A program made the translations under genes and the position numbers. Positions 6,390 to 12,559 of a stretch of DNA of 40,330 nucleotides are shown in pieces. The stretch is from a virus, in IMG/VR virus record IMGVR_UViG_3300045988_047360. The stretch is one strand, 5' to 3'. Under the pieces are notes generated by a model. It saw only the letters and a program-made list of their open reading frames with translations. It was not told the origin of the DNA and did not search any database. Numbering within the stretch: the first letter of the stretch is position 1; every line of letters begins with the position of its first letter.

Positions 6390-6725
6390 TGCTTCCAATT
6401 TCCGCATCACGCCATTATATGCCCGCTCATTGATGATATGCAGCGTGTCCATTAGCTCGTCCATAACAGCAAACACGCGGGCGGGATCCTTGCCGCTGAC
6501 AGCCTGTAAGAAATCGCTGTCACCATAGACTGCAACGGGATTAGCAGGGGCAGCAGAATACATCGACGGTTGCGCAAAATGTTCTATGACTTTTGAATCA
6601 CTTTCGATTTGCTTTTGCCGCTGCTGAATAATATAAAGGATCGCCAGCTTTTCATAATTGGGCCAGCTGGATTCTTCCGTTTCCAAACGGGATATCCACA
6701 AGCGTAATTCTTTTTCGTCGATCAC
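6387..6725 (-). CDS. Hypothetical protein (cargo cassette, last gene)
   Basis: 112-aa ORF. No family recognised. The stop abuts hairpin 6359-6384. Confidence 0.55.
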   Translation of the reverse strand: MIDEKELRLWISRLETEESSWPNYEKLAILYIIQQRQKQIESDSKVIEHFAQPSMYSAAPANPVAVYGDSDFLQAVSGKDPARVFAVMDELMDTLHIINERAYNGVMRKLEA

Positions 6726-6740
6726 GGGGATACACCCCCT

Positions 6741-7124
6741 TTATCTCTCCAATGCGTCCATGCAGCGCCGGATAGCATCGCGGGTCGTGTCGTTGTCGGC
6801 ATTGTGCATCATTTCTTCCAGCTTCATCCGCATATTATCGTAAGCATCACTACGGCTGTAATGGCCACGCACATAATGCGATCCGCGGCGAGCATAAGAA
6901 CTGCCACGTCCATAATTGCCCCGAATATTGGCATTCCAATCGCCGCCGTGGGAATATTCTTCATCTTCAAACATCTCGATTTTGTAGATGTTTTTGATCG
7001 AACTGGTAATATCCCGAATGGCATCCAGTTCGGCAGCGCTGGCACCGCCCTTCTTCATGGTTTCGTTATACAAATCGCTCAGCTCATTGCAAAGCATTTC
7101 ACGCAGATCATCATAATTCCGCAT
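6741..7124 (-). CDS. Hypothetical protein with G/R/S/Y-rich low-complexity core
   Basis: 127 aa. Helical ends flank GNYGRGSSYARRGSHYVRGHYSRSD. Confidence 0.55.
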   Translation of the reverse strand: MRNYDDLREMLCNELSDLYNETMKKGGASAAELDAIRDITSSIKNIYKIEMFEDEEYSHGGDWNANIRGNYGRGSSYARRGSHYVRGHYSRSDAYDNMRMKLEEMMHNADNDTTRDAIRRCMDALER

Positions 7125-7137
7125 ATAGATTCTCCTT

Positions 7138-7560
7138 TCAAGACACGCGATCTACCGTAAGATTGCTATTCGCAAAATTTACGGCCTGTGTGCTGGTGTT
7201 TTCCATTGCGACGGTCAGGCAGCAACCGCGCGGCACTTCGACAATAGCGCTGACGTAAATGTTAAAGTAATTTTCAACCGCAGCAGGGGTGACAATGGCT
7301 GTAGCGCTGTTCAGGGGTTCGCCGTTAATAGCCAGAGCCGCGCTGATGGCTTCAACCGTGCCGCCGGTAGGGATAGCAATGTTGCCGCCAAACGCTACGC
7401 GGAACCGTGCCTTGCACTGGTTCGTCAGGCCCCGCAATGTTACGATGCCTGCGCCATCACGGTGCGTAATACATGGCTTGCTGTTGATCGCCGTTTCGGT
7501 CAGAGGTACGTTCTGACCGGCAGCGACTTCAATAATGTTGCTGTTTGCATATTCTGCCAT
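7138..7560 (-). CDS. BclA C-terminal / C1q-TNF-like jelly-roll domain protein (no collagen stalk)
   Basis: 140 aa and beta-rich. THRDGAGIVTLRG..RFRVAFGGNIAIPTGG..ALAINGEPL..CCLTVAMENTS recalls exosporium BclA-C domains. AAAGGA RBS. Confidence 0.4.
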   Translation of the reverse strand: MAEYANSNIIEVAAGQNVPLTETAINSKPCITHRDGAGIVTLRGLTNQCKARFRVAFGGNIAIPTGGTVEAISAALAINGEPLNSATAIVTPAAVENYFNIYVSAIVEVPRGCCLTVAMENTSTQAVNFANSNLTVDRVS

Positions 7561-7575
7561 AAAATCAATCCTTTC

Positions 7576-7616
7576 ATAAAATAAGCGGCGGGGCTATTGC
7601 CCCACCGCTTTGTTTT
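7576..7616 (-). terminator. Rho-independent terminator/attenuator between the 238-aa gene and the BclA-C-like gene
   Basis: 12-bp stem (aagcggtggggc/gccccgccgctt on minus) with an AATA loop, followed by ATTTTAT. Only about 20 nt separate it from the next start codon. Confidence 0.7.
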
Positions 7617-7673
7617 CAAAATCGGCACGGGGCCGAACAATTTCCGTTTTGGAAATAGTTGATGATGCAGTTG

Positions 7674-8390
7674 TCAGGCGCAGCCACAGCCGGTATAGGT
7701 GCCGCCAGCCCACGGATTACAGGACTGGTAAGCGGGGATCGGCGTAGGCCGCAGCTGCGAAATCAGATAGTTGTTCTGCGCAGCCTGAGAAGCCTGCAAA
7801 CGCAGCTCCTGATTTGCGCTCTGCAGATCCTGCAGCTTGCTCTGGGTCAGGAAGTCGAGAATCGCGCGGCTGTTCTGGTTCTGGTTGTCGATAATGTCGC
7901 GCGCCGCGGTGTTGACCGTGTTGCGGGTGTCGCATGCCTGCGTTGCCATGTCATAACGCACCTGCGCAATCGCTGCACGGTTTTCGCAGCAGCATTCCTG
8001 ATTCTGCATCTGCATAGCGTTCAGCTGCTGCATCAATGCGGCCTGCTGGTTGCAGCGTGCCAATTCGGCAGCAGAAAATCCGCTGGTCACAGCTTGCGTC
8101 ACACCGGCAAAACCGTTGAGCATACCGGTATTCATGGCATAAAAGCCATCGCAGATCCCATTGTTAACCGCATCCAGCTTGCGTTCGATGTTGGCGAAAT
8201 CAGAAGTCAGGACATAGCCGTCCATTACGCCGTTGTTGCCGTTCCCGCCAAAGCCATTGCGGCCCCAGCCAAACAAAAACAGGACAATGATCCAGATCCA
8301 ATCCTGGCCCCACATACCCATTCCACCACCGTAATTGTTTGCGGGAGCAACAGGCATCGTCATCATGGGGGTACCGTCAGAGAGAGACAT
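7674..8390 (-). CDS. Gly-rich single-pass membrane protein with N/Q-rich, Cys-containing coiled-coil ectodomain
   Basis: NNYGGGMGMWGQDWIWIIVLFLFGWGRNGFGGNGNNG, then Q/N-rich helices with ECCCE, ending in GCGCA. AAAGGAG RBS. Confidence 0.6.
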   Translation of the reverse strand: MSLSDGTPMMTMPVAPANNYGGGMGMWGQDWIWIIVLFLFGWGRNGFGGNGNNGVMDGYVLTSDFANIERKLDAVNNGICDGFYAMNTGMLNGFAGVTQAVTSGFSAAELARCNQQAALMQQLNAMQMQNQECCCENRAAIAQVRYDMATQACDTRNTVNTAARDIIDNQNQNSRAILDFLTQSKLQDLQSANQELRLQASQAAQNNYLISQLRPTPIPAYQSCNPWAGGTYTGCGCA

Positions 8391-8421
8391 ATAAAATCTC
8401 CTTTCGTTTTTTATTTATCAA

Positions 8422-8435
8422 ATCGTGGCCACGAT
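8422..8435. promoter_or_regulatory. Perfect 14-bp palindrome ATCGTGGCCACGAT upstream of the 238-aa gene (operator candidate)
   Basis: Lies in the only sizeable AT-rich gap (8391-8476) inside the cargo cassette. Confidence 0.35.
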
Positions 8436-8476
8436 ATTGATCCAATTAGCAAAATGTTTTTGGTTTTGTTTGCTTA

Positions 8477-8695
8477 TTATCGAAACAAATGGCCGAATTG
8501 CTGGGCCATCTGCTGCAGCTGGTTTAGTTCCTGCTGGCTCATTGCGCCGCTTTGCAAAAGTTTTTCAACTTCTGCTTTCGGGTTGCCCTGAAAACTGCTT
8601 TGAAACTGCCGGAATTGCTGAATCATGTTCTGGAACTGCCCGGCAGGACCAGGCATTTTGCCGCCGCCCAAAGAATCAAACAATGGATTACTCAT
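8477..8695 (-). CDS. Small Q-rich hypothetical protein (72 aa)
   Basis: Translationally coupled to the upstream ORF by an 8-nt overlap. Contains FQNMIQQFRQFQSSFQG and QQELNQLQQMAQQF. Confidence 0.5.
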   Translation of the reverse strand: MSNPLFDSLGGGKMPGPAGQFQNMIQQFRQFQSSFQGNPKAEVEKLLQSGAMSQQELNQLQQMAQQFGHLFR

Positions 8696-9107
8696 TTGCT
8701 TTTTCCTCCTTGCTCGTATCGCCGCTGATCTTACTTACAAGTGCTGCCAGCTCTTCAAACTCTTTCCGGGTAACATATTCGCCCTGCTGCACTACCGTTG
8801 GCGCTGCTTTATGCGCCGCCGTGCGCTCCGTGTAGTCCAGGATCCGCATAGATGGCACGCCGGATGCGTCAACAGATTTTAAATAAATCACCTGATTTTC
8901 ACTGTCCCAAAGTGGCACAGTATTACCGGCGCTGACCAGATAAGACCTCGCCCCCACTTCCCCTTGCACCCAAATCATAGCGGGCTGATTTGCTGCAAGC
9001 GCGGACATAGGCTGCTGCATCATCTGCTGCTGCCGCATCTGCATGAGGTTGTCCGGCATTGCCTGCGGATAATACGGATTCTGATATCCATATGGTGTAT
9101 ATGCCAT
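8688..9107 (-). CDS. Hypothetical protein: Q/M/P/Y-rich N-terminus plus small beta domain
   Basis: 139 aa. IWVQGEVGARSYLVSAGNTVPLWDSENQVIYLKSVDASGVPSMRILDY, followed by an acidic tail. Confidence 0.55.
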   Translation of the reverse strand: MAYTPYGYQNPYYPQAMPDNLMQMRQQQMMQQPMSALAANQPAMIWVQGEVGARSYLVSAGNTVPLWDSENQVIYLKSVDASGVPSMRILDYTERTAAHKAAPTVVQQGEYVTRKEFEELAALVSKISGDTSKEEKANE

Positions 9108-9108
9108 G

Positions 9109-9492
9109 TCACTTCATCCTTTCTTTCGCCCAGTAATACAAGATCACTTCATTTCCGGAATCCCAGCTATCATACCAATCGCCGTTTTGCACACAAACCA
9201 CATGGCCGGAAAGGGCCAAAATAAACGTGCCTGCCGGATGATCTGCGGCGAATTGGGCCACGGTATAGCAATCAGGGCAAGTATCCTGCACAAGATGTCT
9301 GCGGTATCCTTCTTCGCTCAAATAGTGGCCCCATACGGCGTTGCTGCTGGGCATATCCGCGTCGGTCAGGCCTTGCATGCAAAGTGCCATATAGGTCCAG
9401 TCCCAGTCCATTCCTGTGGCTTTGGAAATCGCTCTGACTGTGCAATCCCCCACGTTTTTTCCCTGCGGGTTTTCGTTGTAATGCTTAAACAT
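9109..9492 (-). CDS. Putative papain-fold (Cys-His) peptidase/amidase-like protein
   Basis: 127 aa. NVGDCTVRAIS (candidate nucleophile Cys) and LSGHVVCVQNGDWYDSWDSG (candidate His/Asp). Confidence 0.35.
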   Translation of the reverse strand: MFKHYNENPQGKNVGDCTVRAISKATGMDWDWTYMALCMQGLTDADMPSSNAVWGHYLSEEGYRRHLVQDTCPDCYTVAQFAADHPAGTFILALSGHVVCVQNGDWYDSWDSGNEVILYYWAKERMK

Positions 9493-9622
9493 GGCGAAAC
9501 TCCCTGTAAATGTGCTCGATCATAAAAACATACGTCTGCAATCCGCTTTCGGCCTGATACAGTGCCAAGACGTCATTTGCCATCTGTGGAGTAAAGCCGC
9601 ATGCAATCAATCTTTCGTACAT
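9485..9622 (-). CDS. Small hypothetical protein (45 aa), first gene of the cargo cassette
   Basis: CAGGTGG RBS before MYERLIACGFTPQMANDVLALYQ. 8-nt overlap with the next ORF. Confidence 0.4.
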   Translation of the reverse strand: MYERLIACGFTPQMANDVLALYQAESGLQTYVFMIEHIYREFRHV

Positions 9623-9661
9623 GTGACCACCTGTCTTTCTGCTCTTATGGTAATAAAAAAT

Positions 9662-9702
9662 CGGGCAGATAAATTGCCCGAAAACTGCCCGCATTCTGCC
9701 CG
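9662..9702. promoter_or_regulatory. TGCCCG repeats: three direct copies with 11-bp phasing plus one inverted copy
   Basis: cgggca at 9662; tgcccg at 9675, 9686 and 9697. Located between terminator 9708-9743 and the first cassette gene. Confidence 0.4.
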
Positions 9703-9707
9703 TTCAA

Positions 9708-9743
9708 TAAAAAAACAAGAGCGCACCATACCGGTACGCTCCT
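9708..9743 (-). terminator. Rho-independent terminator closing the late/lysis operon
   Basis: Minus strand reads AGGAGCGTACC-GGTAT-GGTGCGCTCTT (11 bp, two G-U pairs) followed by GTTTTTTTATT. Confidence 0.8.
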
Positions 9744-9748
9744 GCTTT

Positions 9749-9985
9749 TCACCCTTTAATATCATCCGCTATTTTGGCGTATGCTTTACGCCGTATTTTG
9801 GCAAGTCCATCCACGCTGACGTGCAAATGTTCTGCCGTCTGCACGCAGCTTTTTTTGCAAATATCAATGTCAATGACGCATTGTTCTTCTCTCTCCGGCA
9901 GGTTTACCCTGCGCACGGCTTCGATTGCTTTGTTTGGAGCCATAGACGATAGCAATGCGCGTATTGTTTTATACTGACTGTTCAT
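9749..9985 (-). CDS. Small sigma-70 region-4-like HTH protein
   Basis: LPEREEQCVIDIDICKKSCVQTAEHLHVSVDGLAKIRRKAYAKI resembles sigma region 4 / LuxR-type HTH. Confidence 0.45.
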   Translation of the reverse strand: MNSQYKTIRALLSSMAPNKAIEAVRRVNLPEREEQCVIDIDICKKSCVQTAEHLHVSVDGLAKIRRKAYAKIADDIKG

Positions 9986-10055
9986 GCCCCTTTTAGGGCT
10001 TGCAGAGCGCTATTGCGTGGGTGGCCGTGCCACCGCCCGAATCCATCCTTTCAGA

Positions 10056-10637
10056 TTATTTTTCCACGGCCTGTGCCAGCTTGATAATGAGATCATCGCC
10101 ATAGCGGTAGCTGTCCAGATAGGTAATCGTCGCGTCGCTCAGGCCCGCCTTGGACTTGAGAATGCTTTTCGCTTCGTCTTTGGTCACTGCTTTCACCTCC
10201 CGATACAGCGGCATCAACCGCGGCAGCTGCCCCTTACGCACCATGGACGCCGTGAATCTGCCGCCATCGTCCCACTGGAAATGCGGACGGTCCGGCAGGC
10301 TCTTCCAGTCTCCGCCCCAGGTGAAGCCCATTTCCTTCCCGATCGCGCCGCACTTGCGGAAGAAGTCCGCATCGTCGTATTCATGGCCCTTGACGTTTTT
10401 GCAGATGTCAAAGGCCAGACCGACCTTGTCCCAATGGAAAGAGGGCGTTTTCTGGTTCGTGACGATCTTTCCCGGCTTTGTTCGCCCCTGCGCGTAAAGA
10501 CTGGCCTGATACTCCAGATCCCGCACCGTCTCCACCACAGCCACCGGCAAGCCCTCTGCCGCGCACCGCTGAATCAACACCCGGCAGTTATGCGCGACGT
10601 CGCTGCGCAGCCGGTCAATCTCTCTCGATTTGAGCAT
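10056..10637 (-). CDS. Endolysin, peptidase M15 (VanY-like zinc peptidase) family
   Basis: SFHWDKVGLAFDI and LPDRPHFQW zinc-ligand motifs. AAAGGATGAG RBS. C-terminal helical extension. Confidence 0.75.
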   Translation of the reverse strand: MLKSREIDRLRSDVAHNCRVLIQRCAAEGLPVAVVETVRDLEYQASLYAQGRTKPGKIVTNQKTPSFHWDKVGLAFDICKNVKGHEYDDADFFRKCGAIGKEMGFTWGGDWKSLPDRPHFQWDDGGRFTASMVRKGQLPRLMPLYREVKAVTKDEAKSILKSKAGLSDATITYLDSYRYGDDLIIKLAQAVEK

Positions 10638-10681
10638 TCATGCTCATCCTTTCCGGGCAGCAAAAAGCCGCCCTGTCAATC

Positions 10682-10709
10682 TTGACAAAGCGGCAAAAAA
10701 TAGTATAAT
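10682..10709 (+). promoter_or_regulatory. Consensus sigma-70 promoter on the plus strand, antisense to the late operon
   Basis: TTGACA (10682-10687), 16-nt spacer, TATAAT (10704-10709). Confidence 0.65.
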
Positions 10710-10715
10710 GAAGCC

Positions 10716-10811
10716 AGAAAAGGCGGTTGCCATTGCAGTGGCGGTCGTCCCTGTTGAGATTTTTGGTCTGAAGGAAACGCCGCTTACCGCCATGGTAGGC
10801 GGTTATTTCTT
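10716..10811 (+). ncRNA. Candidate antisense sRNA of about 95 nt (type I antitoxin-like)
   Basis: Bounded by the consensus promoter at 10682-10709 and by hairpin 10780-10802 plus TTATTTCTT. No plausible ORF downstream of the predicted start. Confidence 0.45.
10780..10811. terminator. Bidirectional terminator shared by the candidate sRNA and the 29-aa peptide gene
   Basis: ccgcttacc-gccat-ggtaggcgg. The plus-strand T-tract ttatttctt overlaps the peptide stop codon and its two Lys codons. Confidence 0.55.
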
Positions 10812-10892
10812 GCGGTTCGTGATCGTGTAGATCAGAGTTGCAAGCGCGATCAACACCAGCGTATATGTAAACATATCAGCAAATGTCACCAT
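10803..10892 (-). CDS. 29-aa hydrophobic peptide, holin-like toxin (Hol-Tox) / type I toxin-like
   Basis: Not in the ORF track. MVTFADMFTYTLVLIALATLIYTITNRKK. GGGAGGTG RBS 6 nt upstream. Has its own promoter. Confidence 0.55.
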   Translation of the reverse strand: MVTFADMFTYTLVLIALATLIYTITNRKK

Positions 10893-10897
10893 CGCCG

Positions 10898-10917
10898 CAC
10901 CTCCCTTGCAGGAAGTG
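10898..10917 (-). promoter_or_regulatory. SD-sequestering hairpin in the peptide 5' UTR
   Basis: Minus strand CACUUCC-UGCAAG-GGAGGUG forms a 7-bp stem that pairs the Shine-Dalgarno sequence. Confidence 0.45.
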
Positions 10918-10947
10918 GACAGCCTTACCGCCTTTTCTGGCATACAC

Positions 10948-10976
10948 AATATACTATTCTTTTCGCGCCATGTCAA
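10948..10976 (-). promoter_or_regulatory. Near-consensus sigma-70 promoter for the 29-aa peptide gene
   Basis: Minus strand reads TTGACA (10976-10971), 17-nt spacer, TATATT (10953-10948). Confidence 0.6.
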
Positions 10977-10981
10977 TTTTC

Positions 10982-11009
10982 GCCGCCCTTCGGAGCGGCT
11001 TTTCTTTTT
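10982..11009 (+). terminator. Plus-strand terminator (UUCG-loop hairpin plus T-run)
   Basis: gccgcccttcggagcggc followed by ttttcttttt. Would stop plus-strand read-through beyond the peptide gene. Confidence 0.55.
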
Positions 11010-11044
11010 GGGGCTGCCCGTTTTATGGGACAGCCCCTATGTAA

Positions 11045-11314
11045 TCACTTATCCTTATTCGGGCATGTATAGCTCAGTGCCCGCGCGCTGTCCGTCAGGC
11101 CTGCCGTGGTGGGATCCACAAACACCGCCAGCACCGCCAACACCGCGGTTACCAACTGCACGGGGTTCCGGAACACCGCTTCTACTGCGTCCAGCACAGC
11201 GCCCCAGCTGGTCATGGTCGTCGGATCAAGGCCGATCGCCGTGATGATGATTGACACCACGCCAACCCAGAACCACGGGTTTTTCAGCCGGACGGGAATG
11301 TTGACCGCTTTCAT
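11045..11314 (-). CDS. Holin, phi LC3 (Phage_holin_1) family
   Basis: VRLKNPWFWVGVVSIII..TSWGAVLDAV..NPVQLV..VFVDPTTAGLTDSARALSY matches the family pattern. Confidence 0.8.
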   Translation of the reverse strand: MKAVNIPVRLKNPWFWVGVVSIIITAIGLDPTTMTSWGAVLDAVEAVFRNPVQLVTAVLAVLAVFVDPTTAGLTDSARALSYTCPNKDK

Positions 11315-11646
11315 TTCAGCACCTCGATATGGTCGCCCTCTACCGCGTACACGCGGCCGCCAATGTAGAAATTGGAATTGCCGCTGCCCAGAGCGGTATT
11401 ATAGGGGAACTTGCCCTTTTCCACATGGATCTTGAACGTGCCGTACATGCCGGACACCAGCCCCCAGCCGGTGACCTTGGTGGGATCGTCGCTGACCACC
11501 GCACCGGCGCGCTCTTCGTCCGTCAGCGTCACCTTGCCCGGATCCAGAACAAAACCGGCGTTCTGCTTTTTCAGCGCCACATTCGCCTGCTCTACCGTGA
11601 TATCGCCCTTGCTTACCTGCATGATGATTTCTGTTGCCTTTGTCAT
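11311..11646 (-). CDS. Hypothetical protein (111 aa) between XhlA-like gene and holin
   Basis: AGGAGG RBS before MTKATEIIMQVSKGDITVEQ. ATGA-type coupling to the holin gene. Confidence 0.55.
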   Translation of the reverse strand: MTKATEIIMQVSKGDITVEQANVALKKQNAGFVLDPGKVTLTDEERAGAVVSDDPTKVTGWGLVSGMYGTFKIHVEKGKFPYNTALGSGNSNFYIGGRVYAVEGDHIEVLK

Positions 11647-11669
11647 AGTAATTCCTCCTGAAAAAATTT

Positions 11670-11966
11670 TTACAGCCCCGCACCGGTCAGCAGATATGCC
11701 ACCACGGCGGCGGCAATCGCCCACACAATCTTGTCCACAAGGTTGTCCCAGCGCTTGGCAGGCTTGTCGGTTAATGCCCGGACATCGGTTTTGATCTCTC
11801 CGATGTCCTTTTTCATGTTTGCCTGATCGGCGGCCAGCTCCCGGACGGACGCTGTCAGCTCCATCAGTGCTTTCTGGTCTTCCTCCAGCTGCTTAATGCG
11901 CCCCTCGTTGCGCACGCTTCGATCCTCGGTTTGCCGCCAGTTCAGCGACAGTTCTTCCAGCGTCAT
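11670..11966 (-). CDS. xhlA: XhlA-like lysis-associated membrane protein
   Basis: Coiled-coil (IKQLEEDQKALMELTASVRELAADQANMKKDIGEIKTDV) then a C-terminal TM helix (IVWAIAAAVVAYLLTG). Alternative start at 11984. Confidence 0.55.
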   Translation of the reverse strand: MTLEELSLNWRQTEDRSVRNEGRIKQLEEDQKALMELTASVRELAADQANMKKDIGEIKTDVRALTDKPAKRWDNLVDKIVWAIAAAVVAYLLTGAGL

Positions 11967-12008
11967 GCCCTCTCTCCCTGTCATATGTATTTTTTTACCT
12001 TGAATGGC

Positions 12009-12548
12009 TCATGCTTCTGTTACCTCTGTCCAGCCATACACGCCCGGTTCCCACACATTATTGTCCACATCGGATGTCCAGTGCTTTCCGCTATGGGAGA
12101 CTTTCGCCCCCTTGGCGTAGGCGTCTGTGCTGCCCACAGGCTGGCTCCATTCCGGCCATTCTTCCGCCGGGTCTGAGATTGCAACCCACAGGCTCGGAGC
12201 CGCATCCGGTGTCCACGTCTCTTGGGATGTATGATCCTGCAAGCATTTGTACAGCTTCCCGCCGTGTTCCAGGATTTGCCCCGTTTTGTAACTCACCGGA
12301 TACGCCCACGGGCTGAACAAATCAACGTGTTCACTCGCCGTCACGGCATCAATGCTCCCGGCTTCGCAGAGTGTAACAAAAGTAATGGCTGTGGCGGATT
12401 CAAGCGCCGTGATACGCTCTTCCGGGGTAGAAGTGGGGATCTCATCTTCAATCAGCACGCCCGTTTCAATATTTCGGTAAGTTCTCTCCCCATTGACTTC
12501 AACTTCTGCATATCCAGCTTTGGGAGATAGTTTCGCTTCAAAAATCAT
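12009..12548 (-). CDS. Tail-fibre-associated carbohydrate-binding protein (CBM5/12-like repeats)
   Basis: GKLYKCLQDHTSQETWTPDAAPSLW and a second GKHWTSDVDNNVWEPGVYGW motif. Confidence 0.6.
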   Translation of the reverse strand: MIFEAKLSPKAGYAEVEVNGERTYRNIETGVLIEDEIPTSTPEERITALESATAITFVTLCEAGSIDAVTASEHVDLFSPWAYPVSYKTGQILEHGGKLYKCLQDHTSQETWTPDAAPSLWVAISDPAEEWPEWSQPVGSTDAYAKGAKVSHSGKHWTSDVDNNVWEPGVYGWTEVTEA

Positions 12549-12559
12549 TGTTTTCCCCC

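Noticed and set aside
10630-10830. 66-aa plus-strand ORF across the candidate sRNA
   Set aside because: Its start lies upstream of the consensus promoter. The internal ATG (10708) overlaps the -10 box and would be excluded from the predicted transcript. No RBS is present.
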